Below, piece by piece: positions 37,299 to 49,056 of a DNA stretch of 64,000 nucleotides. Origin of the DNA: Takakia lepidozioides. Taxonomy: Eukaryota > Plantae > Bryophyta. Every line of letters starts with the position of its first letter. The first letter of the stretch is position 1. The DNA is taken from positions 24,986,001-25,050,000 of the forward strand of contig CM060732.1 in assembly GCA_030704615.1 (NCBI GenBank), in the 5' to 3' direction. The notes under the pieces were generated by a model, which made no database searches, had not been told where the DNA came from, and saw only the letters and a list, made by a program, of their open reading frames with translations. A program made the translations under genes and the position numbers.

Positions 37299-40049
37299 AT
37301 GGAGGAACTAACAGACTATACGCTCGCAATATTACTTACGCAGTGGCATAGGGACGAAACAACAGAGCGGATCTTTTCTCTTGAGCGATGCTTGCAAGCC
37401 CCGCAGGCTTACAAGAAATTACCCATAGCTTTTTGTGGCAACCATACGTTTATGCTTTGTGCACTACAGGCATTTCTTCAATTGTTACAGCCAAACATTT
37501 CTGTGGGTCTAGAATGAAGAGAGTGAGAGGAATGGAGGAAATCAGGGTGAAGAGCACCACAATTCTGCAGAAACAAACGATTGCTACCCCCACAGGCGAT
37601 ACAGATACTGAAGGAGCTGAGATTGCAAGGATTGCAAAGCAAAGATTGGACATTGCACCATAGACAGTACATGTTACAATTCTTGCAGAACTTTGAGCCA
37701 AGGACAGGAGCAACAACGGTGAAGGGAGTTGAATTAGTAATTACTCCCCTTATACCTACAGCAATTGTTTCGATTGCCAGCAGGCCAGGCGCATGTGGAG
37801 GAGCACAGGGCAAGACTGCAAATAGGGGACTTATTCCAAGAAGGGAGTTTCTTTAAAAACTCAGGGTTATGCTTGTACCAAGGCCGTGTACCCAGGGCTA
37901 AAGGAGGTAGGCCAGGTATTGAACGTTCTGTTTGCCATGAAACAGAACCAACAGTATTTGAGCAGATCCTTCACAGAGGAAATACTCAAAGCCCTGAGAG
38001 GAGAAGAGGTAGAATGGGCGGACATAATGTACAACGCACTGGTAGAGGAGATGAAAAGATTACAGGTACTGCCGCAAAGTCTCCTATCATAGTGTCTGGC
38101 CCAATCATTGCTCAAATAATTCTTGATTCTGGCATACTTGATGCGCGAGAAAGAAAGGAGATGGGAGTGTTTGAACCAGAAACCACTGCAATGGAAGAGC
38201 AAGGCTCTTCACACAGTGAGGGTGGACTGGCAGGGCAACCCGAGAATAAGAGACAGAGGCGGGGAAAGACTGTAGTGGCGGATCCACTGGCTTCACGGAA
38301 TCCGCATGATAATGTTTCCCAAGTTTTTGTGCAGGAAGGGGCACAGCAGCACAGAGAACTGCTATTACTGGAAGCAGGACCTTCAGAGAGGGAAGAGGAA
38401 GTTACTTCAGTATCACAGCCATCACAGCCAGAGGATCGGCTTGTCACAAGGTTACCACAAGTTGTCCATGCAGTTCAACCAGAAATAATTGATTTAGAAA
38501 AAGAAGGGTTAGATATTCCCACTACAGAACAAATGGTGGCAGAAATTGAGAAGGGGGACCTTCTCTATGAATATTCTGGTATGGTCAAGGACACAGTGAT
38601 TCCGGAGGTGCAACGGTTGTCCAAGGAAAACCCTGCGGCGCATAAGATACACACACCTGTGACGGAGGTACCACAGGTAGAATGCCAAGACACTACAGCA
38701 CCAGTGACGGATGAAGTGGTTCAGGAAGAAAATCTGGTGGGGCAATGGCCTGAATGTTCGTAAGGCATCACACTTGAGGATCAGGGAGAACAGCAGCAAG
38801 CTCACCATGATGACCCTCAACAGGCTATGCTTATGAGTTCCATAAGCAGGACACTGAATTTGTTGGGTACTTATGTCAAATCCCATGTTCCCACTACTCA
38901 ATTGGCAGCTTTGAGGGAGGAACTCAGGAAAGAGTTTGAGGCTCGACTTGCCACAGAGTGTGCAAACAAGGTCGATGAAGAGGTCACTCTCAAAATGCAG
39001 CAAGACTTGGAGAGTACAGAAGCGGCTTTGCAATTGGCCAAGGAACAATTGATTGAGGCAGGCCTCGCACAAGACCACTTGCACGAAGCACATAAGCAAC
39101 AGCTATACCAAATGCAGTGAAGCATGAAAGCAAGTTGCAAGAAGTGAATGCACTACATATGGAGTTGCAGACAATGCATGACAGGATGGCCATACAATGT
39201 GCTACACTCACAACTATGCTTGACCAATCTACAAAAGAAATAAACAGTCAAGGAAAAATGTACGAAGGCAGAGGAAGAGAATGTTGAGCAAATGAAACTC
39301 ATTGTCGATATGAAGAATACAATCTGTCGCAATGAGGATACTTTCAAGCAATACAGGCACGTTGAAGCTGACCAAGAGAGACACATCCTGGAGTTGCAAC
39401 AAACGGTCATGGCCAATAGAAATGAAATCTCGGTCACTAACAAGGCTGGAAGGAAGCCAATAATCTGCTTGCTTGCTTATGCGAATTTGGTTGAACCTCA
39501 TGCGAAGCGCATGGAGGCTTTTACAACAGCAGTTACATGTGTACAAACTCAGAGAGGAGCACACTCTCAGAGGAACCACAAGCAACTTGGTGGATAACCA
39601 CCTTATGCAGGTCTGGTTAGCACAAGGGCCAGTGGAGGGCAAAGCACCACGAAAGCTCACCCAAAGCGAGATGAATGAGCTCAGACTGCAAGTGCAGAAC
39701 ATTGCCACAATTACTATAGACAATGTCTATAGTAGGATAGCGGAGTTACAGGAGGATGTAGACGGACTGCAGACTCAAGTGGAGGACCTAACTTCAGATA
39801 TCGACAAAAGAGTCTATATACCTGAGGAACAGCTAATGGCTTCTTATTTACAAGCCAGAACTTTGGCTTTTCATCTTCTTCACAGCAGGTGTAGGAGATG
39901 CCAATGATACAAGAGCCAGTGCCACCAACACCACAACAAGTCACTGTGCAGTAGCTGACCCTGTTGTTACTACAGCCACACCACAGCCACCACAGCCTGA
40001 CGTATGGGGCAATGCTGCTTTTAACCCACCTAAAACTCCAGCTGCAAGG
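37299..40049 (+). CDS. Large 3' extra ORF of the retroelement, 5' part (coiled-coil rich), frameshifted and interrupted by the MULE
   Basis: Chain of overlapping ORFs. The end (...AAFNPPKTPAAR) joins in frame to EYRRAMIM at 53441, as shown by the uninterrupted paralog at 60589-61413 (AAFNPPRTPATREYSRAMIM). Confidence 0.8.
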
Positions 40050-40279
40050 GGGGCTGCTATTTCATGAGCGGCATGAGCATGAGCGCGGAAAAAAAAAAAG
40101 CATGAGCAGACCATTGTGAGTCCACGGAAATAGGGTTAGGAGGCACGGAAATAGGGTCATGTGAAGTTGGAATGTGGCACCAGTGGACTTGAAATGCAAC
40201 ATTTTATTGCAAATTTTGTGGCAAGCCACGTCTATACAAGTGTGTTCTAACTGTCATAGCCGGAATGGGCACTACTCTC

Positions 40280-43200
40280 CTACACCCCCTCCGAGGAACT
40301 TGCCCCACCTTTCTTCTCATCCCCCTCATCCCCCTCATCCTCCGAGCTCTGTGATGCATCAGTTCCACTATGCCTCTCAAAAATCCCGTCCTCTCCTTGG
40401 GGGACTGTCCACCTCACCTCCTGGGAATCTTCTGCGTCTTCTCCCCCACTTTCCTCAGCAGAATCCAAACACAAATCTACGAGCCCGACGGGCTCTAATA
40501 GCTGCTGCCTCCTCCCTCATCTTCATTTTCTTGAGGCTTGCCTCGTCTAAAATCTGCTGTACACGACTACGTTCGGAACACCTCCTAATGGACACCGAAG
40601 CAAGCCGGGCAGCATAAGTAGGAAGGATGTACTCCCTTTCTGGACTAGGCATGAAATCCCCCTGGCAAAAAAAGGCACGTTCCTCCTGCCCATGAACTCC
40701 GGTGTAGACGTCCCTCCGGCAGTACTTGGCATCCTACAGTAAGAACAAATCCACTTGAAGAATGTCAATACCAGCACAACCAGAAAGGGTTTTCAATGAA
40801 ATAAGAGAGCGGAGGGAGGTGCCTCACAAAATCTGGAGGCAACTTACAATGCCACCACTCACTCGTAAACCGGGGCTCCTCGGCCTCGATCCCAACTTCC
40901 TCCCCCTGCTCCTTCTCGGATTTTTCCTCATCCTCCGAGGATGCCTCTTCCTCTTTCGGCAGACGTTCAGCCGCTGCAAGTTCCGAGTTGTGGAGGGCAG
41001 TATCTGGCTCGAAGGCGAACACATGCCTGTCGGACAACGTCCCTGCCCACATTGAAGCACCTGAGGAACAAAGCGGGGTTAATAGCTTGCGGCATGCAAT
41101 TGCAATGGGGCCAGGGGACAAACTGAGCACGTGAAGGCTTACCCGTGCCGCATGTGAGGTCCAGAATCCGCCCTTGGACATCCGAGCACGTCTCCATGAG
41201 GGTTTGGATGAAAGCAGGGCTCCGGGTCCGGCTGTACCGCCACGGTTTGCCTGTCTTTGTGTCCTTCGGCATACTAGAGTGGGGCACATAGTTGTAGAGG
41301 ACATCGTAGGTTACAGGGTCCACAGCGGCATCAACAAGACGACCGTCGTTGCGGAATTTGAACGTAGACCCTCTCTTCACAAAGCAATATGCCTCAAACA
41401 CCAATGTCTGCACATCCAACAAAGAAGGGATCAATTCCAGGGTCTACTTAACATACACCACAATATGAAGTGAATGCAATAGATTGATAACTTACACTTT
41501 GGCCCTCTGTTCGCAACCCCTGCGTACTGATGCAGAACCATTTTCTGAGGAGGACCGGGGTGACACTTTTCGGTGTCCACCTTGCCACCGCATTCTCTGT
41601 GGTCTTCCCTCTCGTGGCAAGGACAACCACACATCCACCGTCATCCAGAAGCATCCCCGCCAGCCCAAACCCGGCTTTCCAGTAGTCCTCAGTAAACCTG
41701 TTCCAGGTGGGCACACCATCCAGGCCCTCCAGCAGCTCCCCATCTGGAATGTCGAGGAGAATCATGTCGCAAGCTCTCTCCACCTCAACCCCCCCCCGAG
41801 TGCTCTTGCAATTCGTGCTCACAGCCGTGAAGAATTCCATCATGGCTTCAAAACCAGGGGTGTCTTTAGGCTCTGTACCGGCAGCCCTCTTCTTGGCTTT
41901 TCCCTTCTGCTCCGCCAGAGACTTGTTGTGTGCCACCTTCTTCGCCCTGGCAGCGAGAGCGTCAAGGAAGCTCTCATTGACGCATTGGATGATGGTTGGA
42001 GGTTCTAGCTTTGGCCTGTGCGTAAACGTCACCGCCGAATACCGCCGTGTAGGCTCGCCCTCAAATGCCAACTTCTTGGCAGAGCCAGTCCCACTCCGAA
42101 CTGACTTGGAACCCGGACGACCGGTGACTGGGTAGGAGCAACAGCAGTCGCAGGACCTTGAACAAAATCGGCGTCGGAGTCACTCTCTTGGGTCCCCTCC
42201 TGCGCCTCTCCGATGCCCCGATGGTTTTCTTCTTTTTGGGTGTTACTGCAGTCACCTGTTTCCTTGTCCTTTTCCTTTGACCTTTACTCTTCTCATGCAA
42301 TTTCTCCTGAATTCCTGCCTGAGCAAGCTCTGCCGCTTTCCTGGAGTTCGCAAGCGCTTTTGCCTCTTTTGCACCCAACGGAGGCAGCGGAGCCCGGTTT
42401 CGTCGGAATTCAGCATCCAGCTTCAATTGAAACTCGGATGGGTCGAGCGAGCCGGCGGAAAGGTCCACATACCAAGGGCAATCACGCAAATGTTCCAGAT
42501 GCCACTCCTTCACAATATCGTCAGTGTACATGGAGTCAGCCCCAGGGTTCCTCCATGCCAGGAAGAATGGTGGCTCGAAAGACAGATGACCTTTCTCCAA
42601 AAGGAGAACTTACAGTACCTGCATTCATGAAAAACACAATGAGGTCCGAAAATGGTCCCTGAACGGCAATAGGGCCTACAACTGGAATATGGCGCCGAAT
42701 TTCCACTTCAGGGCCACCCAGGGACTTAGCCCGAAAATGGCTAAGTCCCTTGAACTGGAAAACGGCGCCGAATTTTTCGGAAAATGGCTAAGTCCCTGGA
42801 CGGCAATAGGGCCTAGAACTGGAAACGGCGCCGAATTTCCAGTTCGGGCCAGCCACCCTAGGGACTTAGACCGAAAATGGCTAAGTCCCTGGACGGCAAT
42901 AGGGCCTGGAACTGGAATATGGCGCCGAATTTCCACTTCAGGGCCAGCCAGTCTAGGGACTTAGCCCGAAAATGGCTAAGTCCCTGGACGGCAATACTAG
43001 AACTGGGCGCCGAATTTCCAGTTGGCCAGCCACCTAGGGACTTAGACCAGTCCCTGGACGGCAATAGGGCCTGGAACTATGGCGCCGAATTTCCACTTCA
43101 GGGCCAGCCAGTCTAGGGACTTAGCCCGAAAATGGCTAAGTCCCTGGACGGCAATAGGGCCTAGAACTGGAAAACGGCGCCGAATTTCCAGTTCCGGGCC

Positions 43201-46200
43201 AGCCACCTAGGGACTTAGCCCGAAAATGGCTAAGTCCCTGAACGGCAATAGGGCCTGGAACTGGAAAATGGCGCCGAATTTCCAGTTCGGCCAGCCAGTC
43301 TAGGGACTTTGCCATTTTCGGAGCCCTGACTGGAAATTCGGCGCCATTTTCCCTAACACCACTTAGGCCTCTAACATCCTGAAATGCCAGGACTTGAAAG
43401 AAAAGGCAGCGCGTATGTACCTGTACAGAAGGCGCATTGCTGCTTTGTCCGCGTTCGGCTGGTCGGTGAACTCGTGGCTCCGGCGAGCATCTGCTATCTC
43501 CCGAAAGAATAGGTTGGTTTTGTAGAGCAGAAAGTACCTCGTCACATAGTCACGTAGGCTCTCTGCTGCAGGAGATATCTCCATCTTGAACTGATGTGCT
43601 TGTGTGTCCAGCTGCTCTTGCGCATTCGTCGTCACCTGTGGAGATTGTCCATCAGATCGCTTTCCTCAAAAAATACAATGAATCCACCCCCTACTAGAGT
43701 AGAAGCCCCAAACGAAGCGTGGGGAAGTACCTGAAACCACCATGTCATGCGGTTCATCCACATGTCGAATGTGGGGTCAGAGAGTTTGTCCGGTTTGGGG
43801 AAGCTCCACATGTCCCTGGTACTTTGGGAACCATTCCAGATTTGGAGCCACCGGGTCTGTCCAACCACCCAGCATATTCGTAAGCGCCAAACACCACAAA
43901 AAGGAGTTGTTGCCACCACAATTTGGTTAAGAATGTATCACCTTTTCTGTTGCATCCACACAGGATGTGGCTAGACGATGGAGCTTCTCCAATGTCATCG
44001 TGGGCTTCAGAGCGCGAGAGTAGTGCTTTCCCACCTCCACCAGAAAGTCGGCACCAAGGGCGGGATCAGCTATGGCCACGTACTTTACCATCCGCGACTT
44101 GTACTTTATGCGGGCCCTCACCTCCGCAGCTTTGACATACGATTCGAGTTCCGGGAGGGTTGGATTCTTCTCCTCTGACTCCATGTAGAACCTCCGCGCA
44201 TGTGCCAAATCCTGCTGTATTTTCGTCTGTCGAAAGCGCACATAAGATTAGAGATCCTGCTCAAACAATTTCTTCTATTGGGGGAGGAGAGACAATTAGC
44301 TCAACAAAACTGCAGGAGCTTTACCCGAAATATGTAGTCCACCATGGCGTCGACGCTCAGCCTATACCAGGTTCTGTCTGCCTTTGCCTCCGACTTGCGC
44401 AGGAGGTCGGCACTGAGGGAATTGGCAAACTCTTGCACCCCCTGCTTCCGACATCCTTCACTCGGAAGAGCATATGGGACAAGTTGGTGGCAATGAAGGC
44501 ATTCTCAGTCACCCTGCAGTGCCACATTTCCATCAAACAATACTGAAATGGGAATTTTCATCATATATGAGGATTCGCAATGAAATGACTTCCAAATTCA
44601 AAGTCCAAAAGCGAGAGGGTTGTAGCTTACGAGTTGATGTCGGCCATTGCAGCTTTGAGAAGACTGCGATCTTTGGGCCCCGCAACCTTCAGCACAACAC
44701 AATCGACGGCGAAATGCCAATCGAGATCGTTGGGGTGGGCTTGGGCAATGTGCTCCATCCATGCCAGGAGGCGATGATTGCCGTCCCACACGTAGAACAT
44801 CTTACCGGACATGTGCTGGAAAAGAGGATCACTAGCAATCGATCTCTCGAACTCCTCATTTCGCGTTTGCCAATGGGGACCCCATTTGTCCACCTCATCG
44901 GAAGTGTGGGCACGGGAAGCTCCGTGGTCGTTCTCAATGGAAACGTAAAAGGCGGCAGACCCCATTCGATATCCATCCCGGAAAGAGAATTTCAGCTTGT
45001 CGATATCGCCTGGGAGGGCAGGTCTCACCACCTGCAATGACACCAAGCGGCAAAGGGGAATTCGAAGCTTGGCCGGGTACACCATGCCCCCCAGCCCTGC
45101 CAATGTTGCTGTGGGTTGCCTCCAACATCTTGGCAGCGGCCAACTTCATATCCGCCTCAGACATGACGTCTGCTGCAGAGGGGTTTTCCGGCAGCCCACC
45201 AAGACCGCCAAATCCAGCCTGTATGCTCCGGGTTTGGGGCCTGGGGATGTCCGGGAGATGTCATCCTGGTCAGAAACTCCATGTCGTCCTCCTCAAACAG
45301 GGTCAGCCACCTGCGAAACCACCTCCAGCACTCTCGTCGTCTCTACTGCCCTCTCCCTGGCTTCACCTCGAACTTGCACAATCGTGCTCTTTCAGTGTTC
45401 TTTCCTCTCCTCCACTCTCCACCGTATGGGTAATTGCGGGGGCTGCACTTGCCCGCGATGGTCTAACCGGTGTGCTACTGCCTCTCTGTGGTGTCTTGTA
45501 GGGATCCCCGTCTCTGTGTGTCCCTCGCTTACATTGGCATCTGTCATTTGGGCACCCCTGGCCTCTTCAGCTGCCTTTTGTCTTTCCTCCTTGCTAGCAT
45601 TCTGTCTCGTCTGTTCTTTTGCCCTCTCTTTTGCCCTCTCACGGGCTTTCTGTTTCTTACTAGGGCTAGCAACAGGGAGCCCTCCAGGACGACCACCTTT
45701 GATTGAGGCGAACTGACACCCTCGCGCGCACTGCTCACTCCCCCCTCCGCAGCCCGTGACTGCTCTCTCGCCGGGGATTGCATGTGCTTAGCTTTCTTCT
45801 TTTTCTTTGCGTGGGCGGGCCCTACTGCATGTGCATGAACAACCTCCATTGCCGGATCTGCTGTCCTCATGTCCTCACGCCCTTCACCTGCCATGCCGCC
45901 TGCACCAACCTCCCCAATGCCTACTCTATCGTAATCTCGTTGCAAGTCCTCCGTCCACCAACAAAAGATTTAAGTTTGCCCTCTCGCCCCAAGTTGGGCG
46001 ATTCAAACATGCGATGAGTTGGAGCTGTCGATGATACCACCAGCGTGCCGGGCTCGTCGTCACTCTGTGATTGACAAAAATCGTGAACACCAACATGGTG
46101 CAAAAAGCAGCAGCGCAACCACCATAGCACAATCATGTAGCAAAAATGAAAACATAACAAGTTTAGGAAGTATGGAGAGCCATGCAACAACAATGAAAAC

Positions 46201-46486
46201 AAATGCAACCATTGCCTAAGAATGACATGCACAAGCAGCCTTCTCCAGAGCTGCCGGATTTGCACACGCATTGCAAACAATCTAAGGTTCAGTCAACTAT
46301 CTAAAGTTCACTCATAAAGCAAAGCCAGGATGAAGATGCAAAACAAAGCGAGGTAACGAAGCGAAAGCAAAAAAGAAATCGAACAAACCGAAAGCAGAAG
46401 TGGCTTGCCTGAGAGTACTCGGCTTCAGTTGGCGCAGGTTGTGAGCAAGACACTGGAATCTCCTGCTGGAGCTTCAGTTTGGCCAT
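40280..46486 (-). CDS. Multi-exon gene: ParB/Srx-like N-terminal domain plus beta-class N4/N6 DNA methyltransferase-like domain (frameshifted as assembled)
   Basis: ParB-like: IPLCRLVSLQVVRPALPGDIDKLKFSF...FYVWDGNHRLLAW (44627-45103). MTase: DMILLDIPDG, LLDDGGCVVV, FEAYCFVK, then RTRSPAFIQTLMETCSDVQGRILDLTCGTG|ASMWAGTLSDRHVFAFEPD after removing intron 41061-41142. Other introns: 41444-41495, 42619-43420, ~43637-43729, ~44259-44323, ~44515-44630. The start codon is tentative. Confidence 0.75.
42650..43350. repeat. Intronic tandem array (~95-bp units) with 9 GGCGCC cores and GGGACTTAGCC/GGCTAAGTCCC hairpins
   Basis: Counted by eye. Hairpin example at 42721-42749. Confidence 0.9.
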
Positions 46487-46799
46487 GCGAGAGATTGGCC
46501 GTCGTCCGTAGTACAGAGCTTTCAACTTCCGCCGCGGTCTGGATCTGAGGTCTCTCTCAGAGAGCCACGCCCTTCAGGCGGCATAAGTCCCAGCCAAAAA
46601 GATCTCCTTTTTTGGGTACATGCCTGGAATACCATGTTAAGCCAAGTATAGCATGAGATTTAGGGTACGTGTCCAGGAAGCCATGCGTCGCCAGCCCGAA
46701 TAATAACGACGGCCGTCGACATTTATTGCCCAACTGCGCAATTAAATGTCGGATGAAGCCCTCCATGTCGGAAGAAAATAGACGAAAACAGTCCCGGAA

Positions 46800-48780
46800 T
46801 TTCCCTCACGCAGGTAATTCAGCGCGCGGATGGAATCCGGCGCCGAATTTCCATCCGCGCAGGTAGGCAGGTAAAAATTAACAATGGAAATCCGGCGCCG
46901 AATTTCATCCGCCCGGCAGGTAATTCGGAATGGAAATCCGGCGCCGAATTTCCATCCGGACATAATAGGCTCCGCGCAAAAAACAGGCGCGGTGCGCAAT
47001 CCGGCGCCGAATTTCCAAGGTAATTCGGAATGGAAATCCGGCGCCGAATTTCCATGTAGGCTTCATCCGGCGCCGAATTTCCATCCGCGCCAGCAGCCCG
47101 GCAGGTAAAATGGGCGCCGAATTTCCATCCGCGCCGGAATTCCGGCGCCGAATTTCCATTGCGGCAGGTAAAGGATGGAAATCCGGCGCCGAATTTCCAT
47201 CCGCGCAGGTTTCGGCAGGTAATTCGGCGCCGAATTTCCATCCTGCAGGTAAGTCGGATCGGTGCCATATGGATATTCGGCGCCGAATTTCGATTCGCCA
47301 TTATTTCTGAGCGAGGAATTACCTCCGTGCAGGTAATTCCCATATAAGAATTACCTTCGTGCAGGTAATTCACATACAAGAATTACCTTCATGCAGGTAA
47401 TTTCCACCTTTGTGCAGGTAATTCTGGACGAGGAATAACATCGATTGGAATTACCTGCAGGAAGGTAATTGTCATCTGGAAATTACCTGCACAAAGTAAT
47501 TCTTGTATGCGAATTACCTGCACGAAGGTAATTCGGAATTACCTGGCTCAGAAATAAATGGCAAATCCGGCGCCGAATATCCATTATCCGACTTACCCTG
47601 CTGGATGGAAATTCGGCGCCGAATTTCCATTCATCCATGATTCGAATTACCTGCAGGATGGAAATTCGGCGGCCGAATATCCATATGGCACCGGATCCGA
47701 CTTACCTGCTGGATGGAAATTCGGCGCCGAATTTCCATTCATACCACGATCCGAATTACCTGCAGGATGGAAATTCGGCGCCGAATATCCATATGGCACC
47801 GATCCGACTTACCTGCTGGATGGAAATTCGGCGCCGAATTTCCATTCATCCACGATTCGAATTACCTGCAGGATGGAAATTCGGCGCCGAATATCCATAT
47901 GGCACCGATCCGACTTACCTGCTGGATGGAAATTCGGCGCCGAATTTCCATTCATCCACGATTTGAATTACCTGCAGGGTGGAAATTCGGCGCCGAATAT
48001 CCATATGGCACCGGATTCCGACTTACCTGCTGGATGGAAATTCGGCGCCGAATCTCCATCCATCCGAGATTCCACTTACCTGCTGGATGGAAATTCGGCG
48101 CCGAATCTCCATCCGGGGGATGGTCTCTGTCGGAGAGGTGCCGCCTCTCCGCCGCTCTGTTGGATATTCGGTGCCGAATTTCCGTCCGGGGGTTGAAATA
48201 TGACTGCCAGGTTCCGACCTCTCCCCTCCCCGACTTCATTGGAACGGCCCCGAATTGAAATTCGGCGCCGTTTCTCATCTGTGGAGGTTTTATGTCGGCC
48301 AGTTTTTCTCCTCTGACACGCCGACAACACTTCCTTTGGGGGGGCCCGGATGGAAATTCGGCGCCGAATGGCCGTCCAGGGGAGTTCTCTTTCGCCAACT
48401 GGCCGGACCTCTTGTGCCCAGGCGACTTCATCCGGGCGTCCCTGTTCGATATTCGTTGCCGAATTTCCGTCCGGGGGTTGAAATGTGACAGCCACTGCAG
48501 GCCACTCCCCCCTCCCCGACTGCATCCGAATCGCCCCGGATGGAAATTCGGCGCCGTTTTTCCATCTGGGGATGTTTTTATGCCGTCCAGTTTTCGGCCT
48601 GACCCCCCAGCACGACTCCCTTTGGGGGGACCGGATGGAAATTCGGCGCCGAATCTCCATCCAGAAGATGTTATCTGTCGCACACACTCCGGCCTTCTGC
48701 GCCCGAGGCGACTTCATCCGGGCTTCCTCTGTTGGATATTGGGTGCCGAATTCCATTCGGGGGTAGTAATGTGACGGCAC
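46800..48780. repeat. Intergenic palindrome array (~25 GGCGCC cores) with mirror-image organisation
   Basis: Perfect 26-bp palindrome ATGGAAATTCGGCGCCGAATTTCCAT, e.g. at 47605-47630. Units of ~107 bp at 47590-48110 and ~285 bp beyond. GCAGGTAA lies left of ~47450 and TTACCTGC right of it. Confidence 0.95.
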
Positions 48781-49056
48781 GGTGCCGGCTTATCCCCTTC
48801 AGCCGTCATCATCCGGACGGCCCCCCACTTTCTGACTGCATACCGTTGGCAGTTATTGCGCAAAGACGAGGGCCGCATTCCGGAGACAAGGTTCATTAAC
48901 ACTCTGACTGTGGATTTTTGAGATAGTTGGCTCCCTGGATTTGGATCAGGCTTCGTCGCTCGGACAAATCGGCATCGCATTCATTCCCATCGTGCACACC
49001 CCCTTCTACCAGGGAGCTTCCCCGCACGCCATCCTGGTCTTGTGTGCACATCTCCC

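Noticed and set aside
40280-46486. Bacterial contamination as the source of the ParB/MTase gene
   Set aside because: The gene has spliceosomal introns and lies within TSD-bounded plant transposons contiguous with plant genes.
42650-48780. Palindromic repeats with spacers resembling a CRISPR array
   Set aside because: The spacers are themselves repeated, the units are irregular, no cas genes are present, and the context is eukaryotic.
46742-48780. Many overlapping ORFs (MEIRRRIS.., WKFGAEFP.., DGNSAPN..)
   Set aside because: These are translations of the palindrome array in all frames and on both strands.
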